Shown one piece after another: positions 1-9,420 of a DNA stretch of 64,000 nt. The notes under the pieces are model-generated. The model was not told the DNA's origin. It ran no database searches and was given only the letters and a program-made list of their open reading frames with translations. Location: positions 1,600,001 through 1,664,000 of the forward strand of contig OZ223300.1 of assembly GCA_965140705.1 (NCBI GenBank). The letters are read 5' to 3'. A program made the translations under genes and the position numbers. Source of the DNA: an uncultured Arcobacter sp. (GTDB taxonomy: Bacteria; Campylobacterota; Campylobacteria; Campylobacterales; Arcobacteraceae). Position 1 is the stretch's first letter, and each line of letters opens with the position of its first letter.

Positions 1-1136
1 CAAATAAATCAAAAGATGATTTTCTAGCAAATATGAGCCATGAACTAAAAACACCATTAAACTCAATAAATGTAATTAGTGATGTAATGATGAGAAATAA
101 AACAGAGAATTTAGATGAAAAGCAAATCAAAAATATAGGAATAATAAATAAATGTGGGAAAGATTTATTATATTTAATAAATGATGTTTTAGATATTTCA
201 AAACTAGAAGCAGGACAAATAATACTTAATAATGATACGATAAATATAAAAGATTTGATAATGAATATTTATGATATGTTTTATCCACAGACAAAAGCAA
301 AAGAGATTGATTTTGTATTAAAAGTAGATGATAGTTTAGAGACAATGTATAGCGATGAAGATAGAATAAAACAGATAATAAAGAATTTATTGAGTAATGC
401 ATTGAAGTTTACTGAAAGTGGTAAAATAAGTTTAATAGTAAAAGATGAAGATAAAGATATAAAAGTAATAGTAAAAGATGAAGGGATAGGAATACCAGAA
501 GATAAATTAGAAAATATTTTTGATAGATTTAAACAAGTAGATGGAAGTACTACAAGGAAGTATGGAGGGACAGGATTAGGACTTGCTATATGTAAGGAGT
601 TAGCACATTTATTAAAAGGTGATATATCTGTTACTAGTGAACTTGGAAAAGGTTCTACTTTTGAGCTTATTATTTGTAAAAATATCGATTTAATAAATAC
701 TTTAAATTTGCTTGATATAAAAGGTGAATCACCTCAAGATACCAATTCAACATCAGTACTAAAAGAAATTGATGGAGAAAACATATTTATTAACTTCGAT
801 GATAGTGAAGATATAAAAAAAGAGTCAATTTTAGTTTATAATAATGAACCAATAAAGTTTTTTAATGTAATTATGGATCTAAATAAAATATATGAAGTAA
901 AACAAAGTGCTAATTTGTCAGAGATAAAAGAGCTTTATAATAAAAATGTATCAAAAGTTATAGTTGATATTAGTAATTTGAATTCTGATGAAATAGAAGA
1001 GATTGTACAGTTTTTTGGAGAGAGTTTAATTTTAATATATAAAAATGAAATTGATTCAGAGTTAAGCAAAAAAGTATACAAAGTTATTCAAGAACCTTTG
1101 AATTATGAAAAAATAATTAATATAAAAAAGAGTTAA
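1..1136 (+). CDS. Sensor histidine kinase (HisKA + HATPase, degenerate receiver-like C-terminus), 5'-truncated by the window edge
   Basis: Frame is open from the window start (NKSKDDFLANMSHELKTPLN H-box); N-box NLLSNALKFT, G1 DEGIGI, G2 GGTGLGL. Confidence 0.93.
   Translation, partial: NKSKDDFLANMSHELKTPLNSINVISDVMMRNKTENLDEKQIKNIGIINKCGKDLLYLINDVLDISKLEAGQIILNNDTINIKDLIMNIYDMFYPQTKAKEIDFVLKVDDSLETMYSDEDRIKQIIKNLLSNALKFTESGKISLIVKDEDKDIKVIVKDEGIGIPEDKLENIFDRFKQVDGSTTRKYGGTGLGLAICKELAHLLKGDISVTSELGKGSTFELIICKNIDLINTLNLLDIKGESPQDTNSTSVLKEIDGENIFINFDDSEDIKKESILVYNNEPIKFFNVIMDLNKIYEVKQSANLSEIKELYNKNVSKVIVDISNLNSDEIEEIVQFFGESLILIYKNEIDSELSKKVYKVIQEPLNYEKIINIKKS
5..694 (+). repeat. Direct repeat copy 1 (~690 bp) encoding the kinase transmitter module
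   Basis: Matches 2553..3242 at offset 2548; I noticed only three differences (204, 665, 686), all synonymous. Confidence 0.95.
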
Positions 1137-1137
1137 G

Positions 1138-3618
1138 ATGAACAAAGAAACTAAACTTCAGAAGATATTGTCATCACATTTTTTTAAATTTTCTTTAATT
1201 CCTATAATTATAGTTGAAGTTACTTTATTAATATTATATTTTTCTATTAATCAATATATTTCAATGAAAAATACTAATTTGTTGTTAAATGAAGCACAAC
1301 TTCATAGTCATGAACTTTTAAAAAATGAAGTAAATTTTATAAGTGATAAATTATCAGAAGTCTCAAGATTAGCACAAATATTACAAAGAGAACACGAAAA
1401 ATTATTTCAAGATCCAAAAAAATTTGTACTTCCAAATGGAAAACCTTCTTTTGAAGTTGCTAGTAATGGAGTTTATTACAAAACAAACCATATTGGCGCT
1501 AGTTTATATTACTCATCTAAAACAAAAATGACTAAAGAAACAAAATATAAAGCACTATTTACAGAATCTATGGATACCTCTTTAGAAAGCATAGTAAAGT
1601 TTAATCCTAATATTGTAGCAGCTTACTTTAACAGTTGGGACAATATGAATAGACTTTATCCTTTTATAAATAAAGTCTATGAGCAATATGGTAATCATAT
1701 ACAAATGAAAGATTACAATTTTTATTATCTTGCTGATAAAAAACACAATCCTAGCCATAAACCAGTATGGACAAGTGCCTATTTAGATCCTGCAGGTAAT
1801 GGTTGGATGTTATCATGTATTGTTCCAATTTATAAAAATGATTTTTTAGAGGGAGTTACTGGGCTTGATATAACAATCGATAGTTTTGTTAAAAATATTT
1901 TAAATAGAAAGTTATCATACAATGCAAACTTATTTATGGTAGATAAAAATGGAATGATAATAGCTATGTCAAAAAAAATAGAAAAGCTTTTAAAATTAAG
2001 AGAATTGAAGAAGCATTTATATTCAAATACTATTTTAAAAACTATAGAAAAACCAGAAGAGTTTAATATACTTAAAAATAAAAGCCCTTTTGCTGAACAC
2101 TTTAAAAATCTTATTGAAAATAATTCAGACAGTTCTACTTTAACTATTAAAAATAAAGAATATTTAACTTTAAAACAAGATATTAAAGAGACTAATTGGA
2201 AACTAATGATTTTAATAGATAAAGATGAAATATTTAGCTCTATTGTATATTTACAAAATTTATCTAATAAAATTGGATATATAGCGATTATAGTATTAGT
2301 AGTTTTTTATATTATTTTCTTCTATTTTCTAATTAATAAAATAAATAAATTTTCATACACAATAACTAACCCCATAAAGAAATTATCAAGTCAAACGTCT
2401 CAAATAAAAACAACAAATGCCAAAATCAAATTGATAAATACAAATATATTAGAGATACAACAATTAAATAATAACTTTGAAAGAATGATGAATGAGTTAA
2501 ATGAAAAAACAACTAAATTATATCAATCAAAAATTCTTGCCGAAGAATTATCTAAATCAAAAGATGATTTTCTAGCAAATATGAGCCATGAACTAAAAAC
2601 ACCATTAAACTCAATAAATGTAATTAGTGATGTAATGATGAGAAATAAAACAGAGAATTTAGATGAAAAGCAAATCAAAAATATAGGAATAATAAATAAA
2701 TGTGGGAAAGATTTATTATATTTAATAAATGATGTTTTAGATATTTCAAAATTAGAAGCAGGACAAATAATACTTAATAATGATACGATAAATATAAAAG
2801 ATTTGATAATGAATATTTATGATATGTTTTATCCACAGACAAAAGCAAAAGAGATTGATTTTGTATTAAAAGTAGATGATAGTTTAGAGACAATGTATAG
2901 CGATGAAGATAGAATAAAACAGATAATAAAGAATTTATTGAGTAATGCATTGAAGTTTACTGAAAGTGGTAAAATAAGTTTAATAGTAAAAGATGAAGAT
3001 AAAGATATAAAAGTAATAGTAAAAGATGAAGGGATAGGAATACCAGAAGATAAATTAGAAAATATTTTTGATAGATTTAAACAAGTAGATGGAAGTACTA
3101 CAAGGAAGTATGGAGGGACAGGATTAGGACTTGCTATATGTAAGGAGTTAGCACATTTATTAAAAGGTGATATATCTGTTACTAGTGAACTTGGAAAAGG
3201 TTCTACTTTTGAACTTATTATTTGTAAAAATATTGATTTAATTGAAGGTTTAGAAGTGTTAAGTTTAAGTACTGATGGTGAAAAAAAGACTTCTAATAAA
3301 ATAAAAAACATTTCTCCTAATGAAGAAATTTATATTTTAAATAGTAATCCAATTTTATTTTTTAAAATTATAAGTCAAATATCTTCAAAATATAATATAA
3401 TTTATATTAAAGATTTAAAAGAGATTGATTTAAATAAGAATATAAAAATAATTTTAGAAGCTTCTTCTTTAAAAGAAGAAGATATTTTATATATAAAAGA
3501 GCATAAAATAAATAACTTAATTCTAATTACAGAAGGGAAAATGCATAAAGATTTGGCTGATTTAGTGACTTTATCTATAGATAAATCACTTGAAAATATT
3601 GATTACTCTTTAATTTAA
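1138..3618 (+). CDS. Membrane sensor histidine kinase (TM, Cache-type periplasmic domain, TM, HAMP-like, HisKA, HATPase, degenerate receiver-like tail)
   Basis: Two hydrophobic segments; Cache-like WTSAYLDPAGNGWMLSCIVPIY..GVTGLDI; H-box MSHELKTPLN. Confidence 0.93.
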   Translation: MNKETKLQKILSSHFFKFSLIPIIIVEVTLLILYFSINQYISMKNTNLLLNEAQLHSHELLKNEVNFISDKLSEVSRLAQILQREHEKLFQDPKKFVLPNGKPSFEVASNGVYYKTNHIGASLYYSSKTKMTKETKYKALFTESMDTSLESIVKFNPNIVAAYFNSWDNMNRLYPFINKVYEQYGNHIQMKDYNFYYLADKKHNPSHKPVWTSAYLDPAGNGWMLSCIVPIYKNDFLEGVTGLDITIDSFVKNILNRKLSYNANLFMVDKNGMIIAMSKKIEKLLKLRELKKHLYSNTILKTIEKPEEFNILKNKSPFAEHFKNLIENNSDSSTLTIKNKEYLTLKQDIKETNWKLMILIDKDEIFSSIVYLQNLSNKIGYIAIIVLVVFYIIFFYFLINKINKFSYTITNPIKKLSSQTSQIKTTNAKIKLINTNILEIQQLNNNFERMMNELNEKTTKLYQSKILAEELSKSKDDFLANMSHELKTPLNSINVISDVMMRNKTENLDEKQIKNIGIINKCGKDLLYLINDVLDISKLEAGQIILNNDTINIKDLIMNIYDMFYPQTKAKEIDFVLKVDDSLETMYSDEDRIKQIIKNLLSNALKFTESGKISLIVKDEDKDIKVIVKDEGIGIPEDKLENIFDRFKQVDGSTTRKYGGTGLGLAICKELAHLLKGDISVTSELGKGSTFELIICKNIDLIEGLEVLSLSTDGEKKTSNKIKNISPNEEIYILNSNPILFFKIISQISSKYNIIYIKDLKEIDLNKNIKIILEASSLKEEDILYIKEHKINNLILITEGKMHKDLADLVTLSIDKSLENIDYSLI
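2553..3242 (+). repeat. Direct repeat copy 2 of the kinase transmitter module
   Basis: Near-identical to 5..694. Confidence 0.95.
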
Positions 3619-3634
3619 ATAAAAGGAAAATATT

Positions 3635-4744
3635 ATGGAAAAGTTTAGTATTCTTATATTAGATGATGTAGAAGAAAATATATATTCATTAAAACTTATG
3701 ATAGAAGATAGCTTTGATACAGAAATTTATACTGCCTTAAATGCACAAGATGCAATTTCAATACTTATGAATAACAAAGTAGATTTAATACTAAGTGATA
3801 TTCAAATGCCGGATGTAGATGGATTCCAATTTGTTGATTACATAAAAAGTTTAGAAAAAACAAAAGATATACCTGTTATTTTTATTACAGGTATTTATGA
3901 TAAAGACTCCTATCAAAAAAAAGGTTACGATTTAGGTGTAATAGAATATATTTCAAAACCAATTGATAATGATTTATTAACATCAAAATTAAAAGTATTT
4001 ATAAAAATATTTGAAGAAAAAAAGAGTTCAAAAGAGGAGTTAGATCAAGCAAATAAACTTCTTGTTCATAATGCAAAGATGGCTAGTATGGGAGAGATGA
4101 TTGGTGTTATATCACATCAATTAAAACAGCCTTTAAATATTATGTCTTTATACTGTAACGATATAAAATATTCATATGATACAGATGATTTAGATAGGGA
4201 AACAATAGATAAATTTGATAAAGATACAAAACAACAAATTAAACATATGACAAATACAATTGATAGTTTTCTAAACTTCTTTAACTCTGAAAAAAAACTT
4301 ACAACAATCCCTATAAAAAAAGCAATTGTTACTTTTATTGATTTAATGAAAGCTCAAATTAGAAAAAGTGGTATAGACTTAAAAGTTGACATTGAAGATG
4401 CTTATATAGTAGGTATAGAGATGGAATTAGCACAAGTTTTTATAAATATTATTACTAATTCAATTCAAGCATATAACGAAAGAGAAATAGAAAATAGACC
4501 TATTGAAATAAAAGTATATAAAGAAAATGACAAAGTTATTTTAACAATTAGTGATTTTGCAGGTGGAGTTGATGACAATGATGTAGAAAAACTTTTTGAT
4601 CCATATTTTACAACAAAAAGTGATGGAACAGGGATTGGTCTTTATATGGTTAAATTAGTAATAATAAATAGCTTTAAAGGTGAATTAAAAGTAGAAAATA
4701 GTGATAAAGGGCTTAAATTTATTATGACTTTCCCTTCAGCATAA
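3635..4744 (+). CDS. Hybrid response regulator / histidine kinase (N-terminal REC, HisKA, HATPase)
   Basis: ILILDD, DLILSDIQMPDVDG, YISKP; H-box ISHQLKQPL; FDPYFTTK, GTGIGL. Confidence 0.92.
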   Translation: MEKFSILILDDVEENIYSLKLMIEDSFDTEIYTALNAQDAISILMNNKVDLILSDIQMPDVDGFQFVDYIKSLEKTKDIPVIFITGIYDKDSYQKKGYDLGVIEYISKPIDNDLLTSKLKVFIKIFEEKKSSKEELDQANKLLVHNAKMASMGEMIGVISHQLKQPLNIMSLYCNDIKYSYDTDDLDRETIDKFDKDTKQQIKHMTNTIDSFLNFFNSEKKLTTIPIKKAIVTFIDLMKAQIRKSGIDLKVDIEDAYIVGIEMELAQVFINIITNSIQAYNEREIENRPIEIKVYKENDKVILTISDFAGGVDDNDVEKLFDPYFTTKSDGTGIGLYMVKLVIINSFKGELKVENSDKGLKFIMTFPSA

Positions 4745-4765
4745 GAGTAAGAATAAACTTACTCT
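4744..4765. terminator. Hairpin between convergent genes, possible bidirectional terminator
   Basis: AGAGTAAG-aataaa-CTTACTCT inverted repeat. Confidence 0.5.
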
Positions 4766-5264
4766 ATCTATAGTCATTTTTATACTCAACATAGTGGGCT
4801 GCATGTTTGATAAGCTTATCAACATCTTCTTCACTTAACTCTTTTACTACTTTTGCAGGACTACCCATAATTAAACTTCTTGGGGGAAAAACTTTTCCAG
4901 AAGTTACAAGAGAATTAGCTCCAACTATACTTCCTTCACCAATAACAGCATTATCTAAAATAGTTGCACTCATGCCAATTAGACAATTGTCTTCTATTTT
5001 ACAACCGTGAAGCATAACTTTATGACCAACTGTTACATTATCACCAATTATTGTTTTAGTATTTGTATCTGTATGAATACATGACAAATCTTGTATATTT
5101 GTATTTTTACCTATTTTTACTTCATTTACATCAGATCTTATAACACATTGAAACCAAACAGATGAATCTTCTCCAATTTCAATATTACCGATTAAATCAG
5201 CACTAGGAGCGATCCATGCACTTTGGGCAATTTTTGGATAAAACTCTTTAAATTTTAATATCAT
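4764..5264 (-). CDS. Gamma carbonic anhydrase family (YrdA-like) hexapeptide-repeat protein
   Basis: NIQD..CIH, VGHKVMLHGC metal-binding His motifs; hexapeptide repeats. Confidence 0.92.
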   Translation of the reverse strand: MILKFKEFYPKIAQSAWIAPSADLIGNIEIGEDSSVWFQCVIRSDVNEVKIGKNTNIQDLSCIHTDTNTKTIIGDNVTVGHKVMLHGCKIEDNCLIGMSATILDNAVIGEGSIVGANSLVTSGKVFPPRSLIMGSPAKVVKELSEEDVDKLIKHAAHYVEYKNDYR

Positions 5265-5327
5265 ATTAATATCCTGTAGATAAATTTGAAATATTATATC
5301 TACACAAATTAAAAGCTAAATAAAAAT

Positions 5328-7916
5328 TTATTTAGCCTTATATTCTAAAATAACTGGTTCTGAGTAATTTGGTACGTCATCATAAGTAAATATTGCATAA
5401 TACTTATCAATATCAGTTGCTCCAAAATCATCTAATGTATACTCATCAACACCAGCATAAAGTTTTTGTCCATCTTGTGCAGATAAAGGTTTTCTAAAAG
5501 GATTTTTAATAACTTTTGCTCCTACAAAACTTGAATCTTTTGGATTATTCCAAGAGACTTTTATTTTCCCATTTTCCATTACTAATTGAGCATTTGTTAC
5601 TTTTTCAACGGGAAATCTTCTTTTTGGTATATATTCAATAATAAGTTTTGGACACAAAGTACTATTATTACTAGCTTCCCATGAAACAGTTTTATCTTTT
5701 AATACTTTATATGAAGATGTTGGTTTTAAAACAAAAGCAATATCTGATTTTGTTTTTAATTTCTCATTTAAAATAATTTCAGAAAAGGAATCAAACATAA
5801 AATATTGGGTTTGATTGTTTTTAAGTTCAGTTGCACTTACATCATAACCAATATTTTGAATAACTTCCCTAGATGTAATATCTTTATAACTTTTATTGAT
5901 ATCATCATCCACAAACTCCAAATGAAATCTAATATCATCTTTGATATAAATTTTTGTAGAGTTTAATTCAAAATAAGCTTTAGTAATCATAGTGTCATTG
6001 TAAGGGGGAAGAGATGAGAGGTTAAATTGAAAAGTAGAATATATCTTATTTCCATTTTCATCAAAACCTGGAGTAATAACATCTTCTAATACTTCCTTTT
6101 TACTTACTGTATAAATAGATTTAGGAAACAATGCTACACTAGTAGGCTCAATTGTATAAGTTAGTTCAAGTCTTGGTCTATAGGTTAATCCAAAACCATA
6201 TTTACCATATCCAATATCCCATTGCATCATCTGTTTACTTCGTCCAACTCTTAACTCTTTTGGACCTTCCACTCTTAAAATAATAGTATCATTTTTTATA
6301 GACTTTTTTAAATCATCACACTCTAAACCTGATAAATGCCAATTTCTCCAAATACCTTGTGTCAATTGGTGAGATTCAGTAGGGCGACCAATATATCTAA
6401 TTATCTCCATATTATTTACATCTTCAAAATTCGTAATATCACCCATTGTATCTTGATTAACAAGTCCTACATTCCACTCCCCATACTTTTCAATTGTAGT
6501 TGAAACTCTATTTATAGGATATAAATTAAATGAAGCTGATTTTATAAGTGCATTTTGAGGAAGTGATTTTACATTTATAGAAATAATAGCATATGAAATA
6601 CCTTTGTTTTCATCAATTCCTACAAATAAAGAGTTGACACCAAAATGTTTAGGATTATTGTTTAAGTTCTCTGCTACATAACCAGTACCTTTTGCATTTG
6701 CATAATAAGTTCTACTATATTCATCATACTCAACTAAAGTCCTAATCTTAATTTGAGGATAAAAGGGAGATTTTTGATTTGTTTTTTTATTTACAACTCT
6801 AATATTGTAATAATAATCTCTATTTGAAGCTAAATTTATATCACTAAACTCCAAAGCTTGAGTTTTTGCAATTAAGTTAGAAGAGTTACAAAACTGCTTA
6901 TCTTTTTGGCTTCTAAATATTTCAAAATAGATATTTTTGTTTAATTTATAATCCCACTTTAATGTTACATGATTTGAACCAATTTCACTAGCTTCAAAGC
7001 TATTTACTCTTTTCATCAAAGAGGCTTTATCATAATTATCCACTTCTTTTAAGGCATATATTAATGCTGGAATATGTTCTCTTATATTTTCATTCATATC
7101 ATCCATATAATCACTAATATTTCTAGTTCCCACTTCCACAACTGAAGAAAGTATTCCTTGTGAATAATAAAATTCTCTTCCACTTCCTGATATCAATTTT
7201 GCAGGTGGTTTACCTTGATGTATACCATATTCTCTCCCTGATATCTTTCTAATCTCTTCAGCCATATTTGCACATAAAGTATTCATATCAATTGTATCAA
7301 TAGTATCTTCATGTCTAAAATCATGAGCTGGGAAAAAGACATTACCTTGACTATGGTAATCTAAAGCAATAGTAATATTAGGGTGAGATAAAACAAAATC
7401 TCTTAAACTTTGAGTCTCAGGCTCACTAAAAGGTTCAGGACCTCCATATACATTTGATGAAGTAACAGCTGATTTTACAAATCCAATAGGAAAATTTCTA
7501 TTTAAATCAACTCCATATGTTCCATCTAAATTCTGTCTTCTATTTTTTCTCCAAAAAGAGAAATGATTTCTTGAATATTCATAACCATCAGGATTGGCAC
7601 AAGGTACCATATAAATAGTACTTTCATTTAAATATGTTTGTAAAGTTGGGTCAGTTTCGAGGTTTTTTAATATATAAGAGGCAAACTCTATAGCTAACTC
7701 ATGTCCAATCCACTCTCTAGCATGTATTGTTCCTGTATAAAATAGGGCAGGTTTATTATTTGCTGTTTCAATATTTTTTGAGATTGTTATTAAATTAATC
7801 TCTCTTTTTTCCCAAGTTTGACCAATGGATTCTATTTTGAAATATTCTGGATATTTCGCTTCTAATTCTTTAAAAATTATTGTTGAAGCCTCGTATGATC
7901 TGTATAATCTTTTCAA
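5328..7916 (-). CDS. M14 zinc carboxypeptidase with FN3-like and two repeated beta-rich C-terminal domains
   Basis: HAREW, WRKNR, GVDLNRNF, DYHSQG, VVEVG; FN3-like VTLKW..YYYNIRVVN; TTG start; no signal peptide seen. Confidence 0.88.
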   Translation of the reverse strand: MKRLYRSYEASTIIFKELEAKYPEYFKIESIGQTWEKREINLITISKNIETANNKPALFYTGTIHAREWIGHELAIEFASYILKNLETDPTLQTYLNESTIYMVPCANPDGYEYSRNHFSFWRKNRRQNLDGTYGVDLNRNFPIGFVKSAVTSSNVYGGPEPFSEPETQSLRDFVLSHPNITIALDYHSQGNVFFPAHDFRHEDTIDTIDMNTLCANMAEEIRKISGREYGIHQGKPPAKLISGSGREFYYSQGILSSVVEVGTRNISDYMDDMNENIREHIPALIYALKEVDNYDKASLMKRVNSFEASEIGSNHVTLKWDYKLNKNIYFEIFRSQKDKQFCNSSNLIAKTQALEFSDINLASNRDYYYNIRVVNKKTNQKSPFYPQIKIRTLVEYDEYSRTYYANAKGTGYVAENLNNNPKHFGVNSLFVGIDENKGISYAIISINVKSLPQNALIKSASFNLYPINRVSTTIEKYGEWNVGLVNQDTMGDITNFEDVNNMEIIRYIGRPTESHQLTQGIWRNWHLSGLECDDLKKSIKNDTIILRVEGPKELRVGRSKQMMQWDIGYGKYGFGLTYRPRLELTYTIEPTSVALFPKSIYTVSKKEVLEDVITPGFDENGNKIYSTFQFNLSSLPPYNDTMITKAYFELNSTKIYIKDDIRFHLEFVDDDINKSYKDITSREVIQNIGYDVSATELKNNQTQYFMFDSFSEIILNEKLKTKSDIAFVLKPTSSYKVLKDKTVSWEASNNSTLCPKLIIEYIPKRRFPVEKVTNAQLVMENGKIKVSWNNPKDSSFVGAKVIKNPFRKPLSAQDGQKLYAGVDEYTLDDFGATDIDKYYAIFTYDDVPNYSEPVILEYKAK

Positions 7917-7920
7917 AAAA

Positions 7921-9420
7921 TTATTCTCCTATTTTTAATCTAGACTTCAATTGACTAAATTTATTCTTTCCAATACCTTCTAGCTCTTTTAATTCATTAA
8001 TATCTTTTAAACTTGTTACTTTTTTTCTATAATCAAGAATAGTTTTTGCTAGTTTAGGACCAATTCCATTTATTCTTTTTAGAATCTCTATAGTAGCACT
8101 ATTTATATCTATTCTCATATCATCAATATTTTCATCCCAAGATTTTAACATTTGAGAATCTATTGATTCTAACTCAAGTAAATCAGAACTATCAGTAATA
8201 ATATTCTCTTCTAAATACTCTTTTATTTCAATAGCTAAATCCTCTTCCATCCCATATAAAGACATTAAATCAGTTAAAGTAGCTTCATTTAAGTTTATTT
8301 TTTTCTTTTCATATTCCTCTTCATTTTTTTTAGTATTTTGAGATTGATTAACATTTTTATCAGGGGCAATTGAATCTGGAACATCTCCATTATTACTTAT
8401 CTCAGTTAAAGACATGTCAAAATTATCTTTTGTATCATTTAGATAATATTCCCCATCAAAACTAGGTTTATATTTACTAAATCCAATATTACGCATAGTT
8501 CGTAATAAAGATGAATCAATTTTCCCTAACTCTTCCCATGAAAATAGTGGAACATGAGGCTTTCTAAATCTTCCTTTTGAAAAATCCCACATCAAATATT
8601 GACAAATCCAATCTCTTATATAAGGGAAAGCAGCAAAAGCAGTTGCACACTCTAAAATATATGCTTTTCCAGTTTTTGCACTAATTGCAATATCACAAGC
8701 CCAATATTCTGCTTTTGCAGCTTTACTTGCTTTTACAGCAAGTTCTAGAGCATTCATCGGAATATTTTCATAAGACATTGAACCTCCTTGCGAGGTATTT
8801 GTTATCCATTGGTTTTTACCTGAGTATCTCCAAAAGGCACAAATTGGTTTATGCCCAATAAGCATTACTCTTATATCTCCAGAATCCTTTAAATCAATAG
8901 CATTTTGAGTATAAATAGGATTATATTTCTTTTCATCTAAAAGTTTTTTTGCCTCTTTAAAATTATCCGCTTTATGGACAAAATAACCACCATAATTTGA
9001 TGGACCATAACTTCTTTTTATGATTTGAGGGTAAGTTGCTTTATTTTTTAAATATTCATATCCTTTTTCTTTGTCATAAAAGATTTTTGTTTTAGGAATA
9101 GAAATTTTATACTTTTTACAAAATAGGGTAACATTCTCTTTTGATCTATTTGAAAATTGTGTCTCAATTGAAGGTACAAATCTCACATCTGGAAGTTCTT
9201 TTGATATTTGAACAAAAGTTTCATATGCAGTTGCAGGAATATTACCAATTAATATTTTTATTTTTTTTCTTTTTATTTCTTTTATGAATCTTGCTTTATC
9301 ATTTTTCCAATGATAAGTAACAGTTTCAATTTTATCAGGCCAGCCTTTGAAATTTGATTTATCAAAAAACCTCATTACATAATCAAGATACAACAGTCCT
9401 ATTTTCGGTAGCTTTTTCAT
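7921..9420 (-). CDS. RimK-like ATP-grasp ligase fused to two C-terminal ComEA-type helix-hairpin-helix domains
   Basis: YPQIIKRSYG, GDIRVMLIG, WITNTSQGG, ACDIA..YILECA; tail INLNEAT.. and IDINSAT..INGIGPKLAKTILDYR..LEGIGKNKF. Confidence 0.85.
   Translation of the reverse strand: MKKLPKIGLLYLDYVMRFFDKSNFKGWPDKIETVTYHWKNDKARFIKEIKRKKIKILIGNIPATAYETFVQISKELPDVRFVPSIETQFSNRSKENVTLFCKKYKISIPKTKIFYDKEKGYEYLKNKATYPQIIKRSYGPSNYGGYFVHKADNFKEAKKLLDEKKYNPIYTQNAIDLKDSGDIRVMLIGHKPICAFWRYSGKNQWITNTSQGGSMSYENIPMNALELAVKASKAAKAEYWACDIAISAKTGKAYILECATAFAAFPYIRDWICQYLMWDFSKGRFRKPHVPLFSWEELGKIDSSLLRTMRNIGFSKYKPSFDGEYYLNDTKDNFDMSLTEISNNGDVPDSIAPDKNVNQSQNTKKNEEEYEKKKINLNEATLTDLMSLYGMEEDLAIEIKEYLEENIITDSSDLLELESIDSQMLKSWDENIDDMRIDINSATIEILKRINGIGPKLAKTILDYRKKVTSLKDINELKELEGIGKNKFSQLKSRLKIGE

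Noticed and set aside
2829..3311. 160-aa antisense ORF inside the sensor kinase
   Set aside because: Shadow ORF opposite a clear kinase gene, with no motif. The same applies to antisense or nested track ORFs such as 4807, 10668, 12179, 18044, 25101, 27828, 29384, 36569, 47982, 50219, 56170, 60249, 61375 and 62965.
5275..5304. Inverted repeat TGTAGATA-N14-TATCTACA upstream of the gamma-CA gene
   Set aside because: Could be an operator or weak terminator, but 8-bp arms in very AT-rich DNA are not enough evidence.
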